A stretch of DNA of 38,129 bases from a virus, in the IMG/VR virus record IMGVR_UViG_3300015369_000076, positions 1-38,129 of that record. One strand, 5' to 3'. This document shows, one piece after another, positions 24,431 through 33,310 of this stretch (position 1 is the stretch's first letter; each line of letters begins with the position of its first letter). The translations under genes and the position numbers were made by a program. The notes under the pieces are model-generated. The model searched no databases. It was not told where the DNA came from and saw only the letters and a program-made list of their open reading frames with translations.

Positions 24431-25099
24431 ATGGCCAAGCGTTCGGGTTTGTTCTCGGGGGGCGGAATAGGGTCCGCCAGGAAGCTCCAGGGCGGGAGCC
24501 GGGAGGAGATGAAGCTGACATACCGCATGAAGAGGAACGACTACAAGTTCCGTGGCAAGATCATGCGTGACATGGAGGAGATAAGGGCCGTCATATCGGA
24601 CATGTCGGACACAGATTCGGTCATGATGATAACGAACGCCTTCGATCTGCCCAATATCCTGAGGGCCTATGTCGATGAGATGGAGTCTCTGTACATGTGC
24701 ACGTTCTCCATAGGTGCGACCGGTCTCGCAGCCATAAAGGAGGCGGTCAGTTCTGGAGTCCACGTTCTCTGCCTGCTTGACGACTTGTTCCTCCACAAGA
24801 ACTATTTCGCCTTGGGCGGTGTCGAGGTTCTGGGGGATAACGTGAAGTTCAAGTTCGCCAAGACCCACGCCAAGTTCGTGGCGTTCTCCCTGAGGGGCGG
24901 AGGCTGCATATGCGTGACTGGCTCGGCCAACATGACGAAGAATCCTCGAATCGAGGTGATACACATATCCAGGAGCAGGGACGAGTTCGAGTTCCTGCGG
25001 AAGGTGATAACCGATGTAAAGGACATAAGGGAGATAAGAAATGGGAAGACACAAGATACCGGCGGAGCTCCAGAAGCTCCGGGGGACCGCAAGGGCTGA
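24431..25099 (+). CDS. HKD/PLD-like (phospholipase D / Nuc-type nuclease superfamily) protein
   Basis: Single motif THAKFVAFS...VTGSANMT (HxK...GSxN). The track start at 24356 is GTG inside a GC-rich structured region; the first ATG is at 24431. The 3' end overlaps terS by 59 nt. Confidence 0.55.
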   Translation: MAKRSGLFSGGGIGSARKLQGGSREEMKLTYRMKRNDYKFRGKIMRDMEEIRAVISDMSDTDSVMMITNAFDLPNILRAYVDEMESLYMCTFSIGATGLAAIKEAVSSGVHVLCLLDDLFLHKNYFALGGVEVLGDNVKFKFAKTHAKFVAFSLRGGGCICVTGSANMTKNPRIEVIHISRSRDEFEFLRKVITDVKDIREIRNGKTQDTGGAPEAPGDRKG

Positions 25100-25577
25100 C
25101 AGGCCGAGGGCATCCTCGGTCGAGGTTTCCATGAAGATCACGGACCTGAAGGATTATTCGAGGGTATCCGGATACGGGAACCTCACCCCTAGGGCCAAGA
25201 GGATATACAGGCGGGTGTGCCAGGACCTGTTCACGGCCGGCATGCTCCAGAGGGACCAGCTCTACCAGCTGATAATATATGCAACCGAGTACGACACGTA
25301 CCTTGCTTGCTGCGAGGACATCGCCAAGAACGGGATGTACGTTGCCAGATACAATGACGTGGGAGATGTCTCCGGTACTATCGTCAATCCGGCGTATGCC
25401 ATCCGCAACAGGGCCTATACTGCGATAGCCTCCATAGGCGCCAAGTACGGGTTCACCCCTGTCGACCGCCAGAGGATAAGGCAGCAGGCGGAGGGCGGCT
25501 CCAAGATAGCCGAGGTGCTGAACGTGTTCGTAAACAATGCCCAGAGGAATGAAAAGGAATTACCCGATAACCAGTAA
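25041..25577 (+). CDS. terS: Terminase small subunit (P27 family)
   Basis: N-terminus GRHKIPAELQKLRGTARADRP and the C-terminal KYGFTPVDRQRI pattern. Confidence 0.8.
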   Translation: MGRHKIPAELQKLRGTARADRPRASSVEVSMKITDLKDYSRVSGYGNLTPRAKRIYRRVCQDLFTAGMLQRDQLYQLIIYATEYDTYLACCEDIAKNGMYVARYNDVGDVSGTIVNPAYAIRNRAYTAIASIGAKYGFTPVDRQRIRQQAEGGSKIAEVLNVFVNNAQRNEKELPDNQ

Positions 25578-27219
25578 GGTCGACGAGTACGCCGAAGGGG
25601 TCCGCTCCGGCAGGATCGTGGCGTGCCATAGGATCAGGCAGGCCGTGGACAGGTGGTATGCCGACCAGAAGAGGGATGACCTGTACTTCGATGAGACCGA
25701 TTTCGTCCTTATCGTGAACGTGGCCCACAACCTCCGGCACTTCAAGGGCGACTATGCCGGGAAGCCGCTTGACCTGGAGCCGTGGCAGCTGTTCATTCTG
25801 GCTAATATTCTCGGATGGAAGAGGAAGGCTACGAAGAAGAGGCGCTACACCTATGCGGATGTCTACGTCCCCAGGAAGAACGGCAAGACTACCATAGCGG
25901 GGTTGCTCGCCCTGTACTTCCTGATATTCGACCGTGAGAATGCGGCCGAGGTGTATGCGGCCGCCGTTGACAAGGAGCAGGCCAAGATATGTTTCGAAAC
26001 TTCCAAGGAGCTTATCACCCGGAGCGAGTTCTCCGGGGAGGTCGATGTATACAGGGGTTCGATTGTGTACCGGCCGACTGCGAGCTCTTACAAGCCCCTC
26101 ACCAAGGATACCAAGAACAAGGATGGACTTAATCCATCGTGCGCCATCTGTGACGAGCGCCATGCCTGGGCGACGAACGAGATCTACGATGTCATCAAGA
26201 CAGGTATGGGCGCGAGGTCCCAGCCTATGCTTTTTTCCATATCGACTGCTGGTACTGACACGTCCGTGCCATACTTCTCGGATCTGGAGTTCCTTCGTGG
26301 TGTGCTTGACGGCATTCATGAGAAGGACAATCACTTCATAATGCTCTTTGAGCCCGACGATGGCGATTCGTGGGGTGATCCGGCCGTGTGGCGCAAGGTC
26401 AACCCGAACTACGGGGTCTCTCTGTCCCAGGAATACTTCGAGAGCGAGTTCAGGGAGGCGAAGATGAAGGGCGGTACGACTCTGGCGGCCTTCTGCACCA
26501 AGAACCTCAACATGTGGGTTGACGCTCCGGACGTGTGGATTCCCGACGATGACGTGAAGGCGTGTACTGCGACATTCGACGAGGAGCAGCTCAGGGGCGC
26601 CGATTGCTATGTCGGCATCGACTATGCCTCCAAGACTGATATCTGTGCTGTCGCATTCTGGTTCCCCGCCTACCATGTGGCCAAGTTCCTCTTCATGGTG
26701 CCGTCCGAGAAGGTTGCGGCTGACAGTGGCGACAGGGTGGACTATCGCAAGTGGCAGGAGGAGGGGTTGCTTACCGTCATTCAGGGGAAGGTCATTGACG
26801 AGGACTGGTTCGTGGAGACTGTGACGAGGGAGATGCAGAACTACAGGGTGAAGGCCATAGCCTACGACCCTTGGGGTATGTGGAATGTCATACCGAGGTT
26901 CCCTGCTTCGTATCAGGACTGCCTCATGGAGTACCAGCAGAGCATCAAGTACATGTCGGTCCCTACCAAGGAGCTCGAGAAGATGGTGCTCAAGCACGAC
27001 ATCAACTTCCTTGGCAATCCTATCATCCGGTGGATGTTCGCCAACGTGGTCATCTGGGTCGATCCCAACGCAAACATAAAGCTCAACAAGGGGAAGTCAC
27101 GTAACAAGATTGACGGGGTAGTGGCTCTTGTGGACGCGTTTGGGGCCTGGCTCAACAAGACATCCGGAGATGACGGGCAGATATATGCGTCGCACTCCCT
27201 GAGGACTATCAGTATCTGA
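25537..27219 (+). CDS. terL: Terminase large subunit (Terminase_1 type)
   Basis: LEPWQLFILANILGW and the Walker A YVPRKNGKTT. 560 aa. Alternative ATG at 25549. Confidence 0.9.
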   Translation: MPRGMKRNYPITSKVDEYAEGVRSGRIVACHRIRQAVDRWYADQKRDDLYFDETDFVLIVNVAHNLRHFKGDYAGKPLDLEPWQLFILANILGWKRKATKKRRYTYADVYVPRKNGKTTIAGLLALYFLIFDRENAAEVYAAAVDKEQAKICFETSKELITRSEFSGEVDVYRGSIVYRPTASSYKPLTKDTKNKDGLNPSCAICDERHAWATNEIYDVIKTGMGARSQPMLFSISTAGTDTSVPYFSDLEFLRGVLDGIHEKDNHFIMLFEPDDGDSWGDPAVWRKVNPNYGVSLSQEYFESEFREAKMKGGTTLAAFCTKNLNMWVDAPDVWIPDDDVKACTATFDEEQLRGADCYVGIDYASKTDICAVAFWFPAYHVAKFLFMVPSEKVAADSGDRVDYRKWQEEGLLTVIQGKVIDEDWFVETVTREMQNYRVKAIAYDPWGMWNVIPRFPASYQDCLMEYQQSIKYMSVPTKELEKMVLKHDINFLGNPIIRWMFANVVIWVDPNANIKLNKGKSRNKIDGVVALVDAFGAWLNKTSGDDGQIYASHSLRTISI

Positions 27220-27276
27220 CTTTTAAGGCTGAATGTTAGAAAAGTTAAAATTTTTCGCTTTGTAAGGTGAAAATAC

Positions 27277-27305
27277 TTGATTTTTCGAACTGAATTCGCT
27301 ATAAT
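27277..27305 (+). promoter_or_regulatory. Sigma70-consensus-like promoter (TTGATT - 17 nt - TATAAT) upstream of the portal gene
   Basis: Read directly: ttgatt at 27277-82, a 17-nt spacer, tataat at 27300-05. The portal ATG is at 27332. Confidence 0.4.
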
Positions 27306-27331
27306 TGCACTTGGAGTGTATATTAGCGAAG

Positions 27332-28603
27332 ATGGCAGTTAGCAAAGTTAGTTTCTGGCGCAGGATTCAGGCCGCAATCAGTCCGAAGGCGGCCGCTAGG
27401 CGCGGCATAAGGATAGGGGTTGCTCCCCTGTCCACTGACGGCCTTCTCCCTATATACCCCCCGATTGATTTTGGCATCGACGTAAATAACGACTCCGCTC
27501 TCAGGATAACCGCCTTCTATGCGGGTATCCGTCTTATCGCAGACAACATCGCATCACTCCCAAAGAGCGTGAAGAGATCTACGTCGAACGGCCTTGTCGA
27601 CTACTCCGAGCATCCTGCTTGGAAGGCGATATCGGAGACTCCGAATGAATACACCAACGCATTTTCCTTCTGGAAGACCATGGCTACATGGCTCAACGGC
27701 TGGGGGAACGCCTATGCGTATATTCGGGAGATGCCTGACGGCTCCATCGAACTTCACCAGGTGCACCCGGCATGCGTACAGGTCGCTCTCATAGACGGAA
27801 AGAAATGGTTCAAAGTCTATGCATGCGACACGGACCGACCGTTCCTTGATGGCGTGCATCCGGCAAGGAAAATGCTTCATTTCATGCTTCTCACCCTTGA
27901 CGGGGTAGAGGGTGTGAATCCGGTTGTGTACAACGCCATCGCGCTCGGGAAGTCACTCGCCCAGGAGAAGTTCGGGGCGGACTTCTACAGCAAGGGCGGA
28001 AATGTCCGGGCGGTCATGGAGACTGACGGCCATCTTGGAGACGATGAGTACGAGAGGTGGATGAAGCACTTCAAGGCTGCGTCCGGCAACTTCGAGACTC
28101 CGCTTCTTGAGTATGGCATCAAGTACAAGCAGCTTACCATCGACCCCGAGGCTGCATCCCTGCTTGACAGTGAGAACATGTCGCTGCAGGACATCTGCAG
28201 GATTCTGAACATTCCTCCCCACATGCTGGCGGACCTATCCCATGCTACGTTCAGCAATATCGAGCATCAGACGATACAGTTCGTTCAGTACACCCTCCGG
28301 CCCATTGCCAAGATGATCGAGGTGGAGCTCCGGACGAAGTTGTTCGATTCCCGTGAGCGCGTCGACGTCGAGTTCTCAATGAACGGCCTTCTCAGGGGTG
28401 ACACTGCGGCAAGGAGCGCATTCTACCATAACGCTATCCTTGACGGCTACATGTCGCGCAACGAGGTGAGGGATCTTGAGGGATTCGAGCACAGGGAGGG
28501 CCTTGACGACATGCTCTATCCGCTCAACACGGGAATTGTTAAGGACGACGGTACGCTCATTAATCCTAACGCAAACACGAACAAGGATGAAAAAGATTTT
28601 TAA
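27332..28603 (+). CDS. Portal protein (HK97 family)
   Basis: TAFYAGIRLIADNIASLPKSV matches the Phage_portal pattern. Located after terL. The first ATG is at 27332; the track start at 27305 is TTG. Confidence 0.85.
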   Translation: MAVSKVSFWRRIQAAISPKAAARRGIRIGVAPLSTDGLLPIYPPIDFGIDVNNDSALRITAFYAGIRLIADNIASLPKSVKRSTSNGLVDYSEHPAWKAISETPNEYTNAFSFWKTMATWLNGWGNAYAYIREMPDGSIELHQVHPACVQVALIDGKKWFKVYACDTDRPFLDGVHPARKMLHFMLLTLDGVEGVNPVVYNAIALGKSLAQEKFGADFYSKGGNVRAVMETDGHLGDDEYERWMKHFKAASGNFETPLLEYGIKYKQLTIDPEAASLLDSENMSLQDICRILNIPPHMLADLSHATFSNIEHQTIQFVQYTLRPIAKMIEVELRTKLFDSRERVDVEFSMNGLLRGDTAARSAFYHNAILDGYMSRNEVRDLEGFEHREGLDDMLYPLNTGIVKDDGTLINPNANTNKDEKDF

Positions 28604-29246
28604 GTCGATTACCCCTGAGTTCAGGAAGAAGGAGGGGACCGAAAGGACCTACACCTTCATAGCCTCTGACTCTACGAGGGATTCATATGGAACGGTAGTC
28701 AACCAGGATGGCTGGGACCTTGACCGTTACAACAAGAATGGCATTGTGGGATATCAGCACAATGTGTATGGCGGAAACGACCCTGACAACGTGATAGGGA
28801 AGGGCCGTGCCTACCTTGAGGACGGAAAGCTCATGCTTGATGTCGAGTTCGAGCCTGAGGACGTGAACCAGCTGGCGGAGAAGATTCGCAGGAAGGTTGA
28901 GTTCGGTTCGCTCAAGGCCGTGTCGGTAGGGTTCATCCCTACGGGCAAGGGGCATTATGGAGCCGGTAACGAGGGTGTAAACAAGCCTGATGAGACCTAC
29001 TATTACGGAGGGCAGGAGTTGCTTGAGGTCTCCATCGTGAATATTCCGGCCAACCCTAACGCGGTAAGGGTACGCAGTGAAGACCCCGATGTCGTTGATG
29101 AAGGCTCCTACGTGGCGGAACTGAGGGCCGCCGAACTTGCAAGGCAGGGTGAAGAGGAAGAGAGGAAGGCGAGGGAGATCGCGGTGGCCAACGCCGAAAA
29201 GGAAAGGAAGCTCAAAATAGCGGAGGCTATTTACAATATTTCATAA
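28587..29246 (+). CDS. Prohead protease (HK97 / S78 family)
   Basis: YTFIASDSTRDSYGTVVNQDGWDLDRYNKNGIVGYQHN pattern. Internal ATG of track ORF 28476, overlapping the portal end. Confidence 0.8.
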   Translation: MKKIFKSITPEFRKKEGTERTYTFIASDSTRDSYGTVVNQDGWDLDRYNKNGIVGYQHNVYGGNDPDNVIGKGRAYLEDGKLMLDVEFEPEDVNQLAEKIRRKVEFGSLKAVSVGFIPTGKGHYGAGNEGVNKPDETYYYGGQELLEVSIVNIPANPNAVRVRSEDPDVVDEGSYVAELRAAELARQGEEEERKAREIAVANAEKERKLKIAEAIYNIS

Positions 29247-29278
29247 GTTTTGGTTATAGTGTTAAATTTCAACTAGTT

Positions 29279-30463
29279 ATGCGAAAAATTGCAGAAATCC
29301 GCAAGGATTACAAGGCCAAGGTAGACGAGGCGAGGAATTACTCCGTCGGAACCGAGGAATGGACTAAGTGCTCCGCCGAGCTTGACGCTCTTGGAGCAGA
29401 ACTCAAGGCTGCTCAGGACCTCGAGGCTCACGAGCAGAAGGCGGCAGAGCAGGCGCTCAGCAACAAGGAGAAGGCGACTGGAAAGCGTTTCTCCCTTGTT
29501 AAGTTTATCCGCGAGCTCTCCCAGGGTGGAAAGCTTACCGGCATCGAGGCAGACGTAGCCAAGGCAGGAGAGGACGAGTACAGGCGTTTGGGTCTGTCCC
29601 AGCAGGGCGTCGTTCTCCCTTCGTTCGCTCTCTCAAGGGCCGCCGACGGACAGAACTACACCGAAGACAAGGATGGTGGCTACCTCATCGAGACCATGAA
29701 GGCCCGTTACGTGGAGACTCTTCGTGACAAGCTCGTCGTTTCCAAGCTTGGCGCGACTGTGCTTACCGACCTCATCGGTACCCTCCCTGTCATCTCTTCG
29801 AGTGACATTGAGGCTGCATGGGGGGCAGAGGGCGACGAGGCCGACTTCAGCAAGGTTGAGTTCGGGAAGGCTACCATGACTCCCCATCGTTCTTACATTG
29901 CTGTCGCCCTTACCAAGGACCTTCTTCGTCAGACTTCCTACGATGTCGAGAGGATGCTCATGGACAAGATCACCAGCGCACACGCCCAGCTTCTCGAGAA
30001 GGCCGCTATCCAGGGAAGTGGATCTGACAATGAGCCTCTCGGAATCGTCAACACCACCGGCATCGGTTCGGTTAGTGGTGACGTATCATGGGACAACATC
30101 GTCGCGCTTGAGACTAAGATCAATGCAGAGAACGCCAACAGGGGCAAGATGGCATATCTTACCAACGCTACCCAGTGGGGTGCCCTCAAGACCGCCAAGA
30201 AGGACGCCGGCTCCGGTCTGTTTGTGCTTGACAGTCCTTACACCCACATGAACGGCTATCCTGTTGATTGGACCAACGTATGTCCTGATGCGGTTATCTT
30301 TGGTAATTTCGAGGATCTTTACATTGGACAGTGGGGCGGTATCGATATCGTGGTTGACCCTTACACCTCCGCAAGGAAGGCTCAGGTCAACATCGTTCTC
30401 AACGCATGGAACGACTGCCTGGTTGCAGAGCCTAAGAGCTTCGCAGTTCTCAAGAGCGCATAA
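29279..30463 (+). CDS. Major capsid protein (HK97 fold)
   Basis: N-terminal coiled delta-like region, then GGYLIETMKARYVETLRDKLVVSKLGATV. Located after the protease. Confidence 0.85.
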   Translation: MRKIAEIRKDYKAKVDEARNYSVGTEEWTKCSAELDALGAELKAAQDLEAHEQKAAEQALSNKEKATGKRFSLVKFIRELSQGGKLTGIEADVAKAGEDEYRRLGLSQQGVVLPSFALSRAADGQNYTEDKDGGYLIETMKARYVETLRDKLVVSKLGATVLTDLIGTLPVISSSDIEAAWGAEGDEADFSKVEFGKATMTPHRSYIAVALTKDLLRQTSYDVERMLMDKITSAHAQLLEKAAIQGSGSDNEPLGIVNTTGIGSVSGDVSWDNIVALETKINAENANRGKMAYLTNATQWGALKTAKKDAGSGLFVLDSPYTHMNGYPVDWTNVCPDAVIFGNFEDLYIGQWGGIDIVVDPYTSARKAQVNIVLNAWNDCLVAEPKSFAVLKSA

Positions 30464-30477
30464 ACTTACCGTAGCGT

Positions 30478-30987
30478 ATGGCAACAAGTGAGAAAATGCA
30501 GTGGGACGTCGCTTCCCTGGACCACATGATGTTCGTGTTCCGGAGGCACCTCCGCCTTACGACCCGTGACAATGATTCGCAGCTCCAGATATATCTGAGG
30601 GCGGCGATAACTGCTGCGGAGCATGAGATAGGCTGCACCATTCTCACTTCCAACATAACTCTTACCTCGGATTTCTCTTCCAAGTTGATCCTGCGGAGGC
30701 CGCTCTCATCGGTGGCCTCCGTGGAGGTCGACGGCACGGCCCTCGCGGAAGACGACTATGAAGTGGATGGCAGTACACTCACGTTCGGGGATAGCGTAAG
30801 CGGTGACACGGTCACTGTCGCCTACGTCGCAGGGATGGACCCCATACCCTCGGACATAGTGGCTGCGATTCTACTTCATGGCGGGGGGCTTTTCGCCAAT
30901 CCGCTTGACACGGTGGAGACTCTTCCCAAGGCTTCACGCAACCTCCTCCGGCCCTACAGGTCGTGGGGACTAGATGCAGGCAAGTGA
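30478..30987 (+). CDS. Head-tail connector (gp6-like)
   Basis: LRLTTRDNDSQLQIYLRAAITAAEHEIG pattern and position. Confidence 0.6.
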   Translation: MATSEKMQWDVASLDHMMFVFRRHLRLTTRDNDSQLQIYLRAAITAAEHEIGCTILTSNITLTSDFSSKLILRRPLSSVASVEVDGTALAEDDYEVDGSTLTFGDSVSGDTVTVAYVAGMDPIPSDIVAAILLHGGGLFANPLDTVETLPKASRNLLRPYRSWGLDAGK

Positions 30988-31318
30988 CATGGTTGAGATA
31001 GGCGAGCTTGATACTCTGGTTACTCTCCAGGAGTGTACCATCACCCGCAACGAGCGTGGTGCGAAGGTGTATTCCTGGGAGGATTTCCGGGACGTCTACG
31101 CCAAGGTGGACCGGAGTGTCGACGAGACCGTGACGAATGAGAACCTTGAGAGCGGACATCTGATGTCGCTCACCATATACAAGGTTCCCGAGCTTACGAC
31201 CAGGTGGAGGGTTATTCTGGAGGATGTTCCATATTCTATCGAATCTATCAGCAATCCTGAGAGGTTCTCACCTCTGTACACGCTTACAATTCGTGCAATA
31301 GATGGCTCGGCGAGTTAG
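30974..31318 (+). CDS. Head closure / head-tail adaptor protein
   Basis: VTLQECTITRNERGAKVYSWEDFRDVYAKV pattern. Alternative ATG at 30989. Confidence 0.6.
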   Translation: MQASDMVEIGELDTLVTLQECTITRNERGAKVYSWEDFRDVYAKVDRSVDETVTNENLESGHLMSLTIYKVPELTTRWRVILEDVPYSIESISNPERFSPLYTLTIRAIDGSAS

Positions 31319-31826
31319 AAGATACTCCGACAAGTGGGATACGCTTGCAATCGAGGGTCTTGACGATGTCCTCGAGGAACTTGAAGTGGCTCCTGACAAC
31401 GCTTTTACCATCATGAAGAAGTCCGCAAGGTCGGCTGGCACGACGGTGAAGAAGTACATTATGGCGAGGACACCTTCCAGATGGAAGAAGCTCGTAAAGA
31501 GCAGTACGAAGTCGAGGAAGAAGGATGCTGCCATACTCCAGCTCATAGGGCTGTTCCACACCGGGGCGGCAACCGGCCATCAGGGCAAGAAGGGCAAGAC
31601 TTACGACTGGTACAAGGCGTATTGGAACAATTACGGTACGCTTGGCCGTAGGGATCCGGCCCATAAGTTCGACAATCCGGTCCGTCACAGGGGGAAGTCC
31701 AGGAACAGGGCTGGCGTGCGCCCCAAGAGATTCTTCGAGAGCGCATCGCAGGGTGCGACCAAGGTGTATGAGAATGCGTTCGTAAGCGCATTCAACAAGA
31801 ACTTCAAACTCATCGTAAGCAAATGA
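31302..31826 (+). CDS. HK97 gp10-like tail-completion / neck protein
   Basis: Position and size fit. Motif similarity is weak. Confidence 0.5.
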   Translation: MARRVRRYSDKWDTLAIEGLDDVLEELEVAPDNAFTIMKKSARSAGTTVKKYIMARTPSRWKKLVKSSTKSRKKDAAILQLIGLFHTGAATGHQGKKGKTYDWYKAYWNNYGTLGRRDPAHKFDNPVRHRGKSRNRAGVRPKRFFESASQGATKVYENAFVSAFNKNFKLIVSK

Positions 31827-32167
31827 CGGAACAGATAGGCGAGAGGATTACGGAGGTCGTGGGCGCTTTGCTTCCCTGCTACTATGCGGAGGCCGAGGCC
31901 AACGAGTATCCCTTTGCGGTCTATTCGCAGGTCGTGACCCATCACTTTTCCAAGGATGGCATCTATAAGATTGAGTCCGACCTCTCGCTTAATATCGTCT
32001 CGAATGTTTACGAGGATGCCAAGGATTACGCGTCACAGGCGATGGATGCCATCGCGTCCGGAGCCAATGACGACCAGTTCACTTCGAGGGTCCTCTCCGT
32101 TGTGGAGGACTGCCAGGAGGGTATCTGGGTAATTACAATAGAATACAACATAAGACAAAAATCATAA
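31823..32167 (+). CDS. Tail terminator-like protein (hypothetical)
   Basis: ATGA-coupled; located immediately before the major tail protein. Confidence 0.45.
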   Translation: MTEQIGERITEVVGALLPCYYAEAEANEYPFAVYSQVVTHHFSKDGIYKIESDLSLNIVSNVYEDAKDYASQAMDAIASGANDDQFTSRVLSVVEDCQEGIWVITIEYNIRQKS

Positions 32168-32181
32168 AATTCTTTAAAACA

Positions 32182-32595
32182 ATGGTTGACGGTTACAATA
32201 TTCGGCTAAAGAAGGATGGAGCGGTATTCTGCGCGATTACCCAGGATGATCTCTCTATATCCGCCACTACCAAGGAGTCCATCACCAAGGACGACGAGGG
32301 TAACAAGCACTACAGGGTTGTATCCCACGAGACTACCTTCTCATGCTCCGGTATGATTGAGGTCGGTACTTCCACTTCCACCATGCTCTACAGGGACGAC
32401 ATCATAGCGCTCTCCCTTCTCAAGGGTGACGACGCGATCTTCGACATCACCTATACCTGCGAGGGCGGAAAGACCTATGGGGGCAAGGCCATCATAACTG
32501 GCTATAGCGAGAGTTCCAACGCCGATGACGAGGCTACCTACTCCCTTAATCTGCAGATTACTGGCGAGTTCGCAGAAGTATCTGACGAGAGCTAA
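32182..32595 (+). CDS. Major tail protein (TP901-1/phi13-like)
   Basis: Size, beta-rich sequence and position upstream of the G/GT chaperones and the tape measure. Confidence 0.6.
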   Translation: MVDGYNIRLKKDGAVFCAITQDDLSISATTKESITKDDEGNKHYRVVSHETTFSCSGMIEVGTSTSTMLYRDDIIALSLLKGDDAIFDITYTCEGGKTYGGKAIITGYSESSNADDEATYSLNLQITGEFAEVSDES

Positions 32596-32933
32596 TGAGG
32601 GACACGGTCAACATAGGCGGACAGGCTTACAGGGTTGAGGTGAACTTCAATTCGATATCCGGCTGGCTCGTATCCACGGGCCGGTCGGACCTCAACGCCC
32701 TGTCCAGGCTTTCGGATCTATCGCTCGAGGACTTCAGGTCTTTGCTCTACTATGCGGCCAAGGAAGGCGCAAGGCTGGATGGGGTTCCTTTCGGTCTCTC
32801 GGTTGAGGACGCGGGAACCATATCCGTATCCGAGCTCGGGCGCTTCATCCGTATCTATACGGTCCAGGTGTCTCCGGCCACGACCCCGGAGGATGATAAA
32901 AAAAAAGACGCGCCCCTGAAGAGCGGCCAATAG
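32595..32933 (+). CDS. Tail assembly chaperone (gpG-like)
   Basis: Position between the major tail protein and the tape measure. Contains a slippery A9 run near its 3' end. Confidence 0.7.
   Translation: MRDTVNIGGQAYRVEVNFNSISGWLVSTGRSDLNALSRLSDLSLEDFRSLLYYAAKEGARLDGVPFGLSVEDAGTISVSELGRFIRIYTVQVSPATTPEDDKKKDAPLKSGQ
32898..32906 (+). promoter_or_regulatory. Programmed -1 ribosomal frameshift slippery site (A9)
   Basis: The zero frame reads aaa aaa aaa gac. The -1 frame has a stop at 32897-99 and is then open from 32900 through ATG 32975 to 33310 (hand translated, no stops). Confidence 0.65.
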
Positions 32934-32974
32934 TCATCGGTGACATCCGTGGCTGGGCGTTCGGTCTTCTCCAT

Positions 32975-33310
32975 ATGTCACGCGAGACGTTCTACACTCT
33001 CCGCTATGGCGAGTTCTGGGAGGCGATGGCGATGTACCGGATGGAGAAGGAGGCGGACCGGAGGCACATAGGGGAGCTGGTAAGGGGAGCCACCATAAGG
33101 CTCTTCAACCTTCAGGTCCAGAAGGAGCACAAGTTCAAGGATCCATCCAAGTTCTGGCCGATGCCGTGGGATCCCGTGAACGAGGCAGAAGAGGTTGCAA
33201 GGACATTCAGCAGGCTCACGCCAGAGGAGCTTGACAGGAAAGCGAGAGAGTTTCTGGCAACATTGGAAAACAAGGAAAGCGATGGCTCAGCAGGCAACAT
33301 CCAAGCTTAA
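32975..33310 (+). CDS. gpT-like extension ORF, probably expressed as a G-T fusion (32595..32906 / 32906..33310) by -1 frameshift
   Basis: The ORF is in the -1 frame relative to 32595..32933 and contiguous with it. Confidence 0.6.
   Translation: MSRETFYTLRYGEFWEAMAMYRMEKEADRRHIGELVRGATIRLFNLQVQKEHKFKDPSKFWPMPWDPVNEAEEVARTFSRLTPEELDRKAREFLATLENKESDGSAGNIQA

Noticed and set aside
25453-26997. 514-aa ORF on the - strand
   Set aside because: It lies entirely antisense to terL, which has clear terminase motifs. Such long open antisense frames look like a composition effect, and no motifs were recognised.
33195-33281. Tape-measure start at 33195
   Set aside because: It would overlap the gpT-like ORF by 116 nt. 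The ATG at 33282 gives the usual short overlap.
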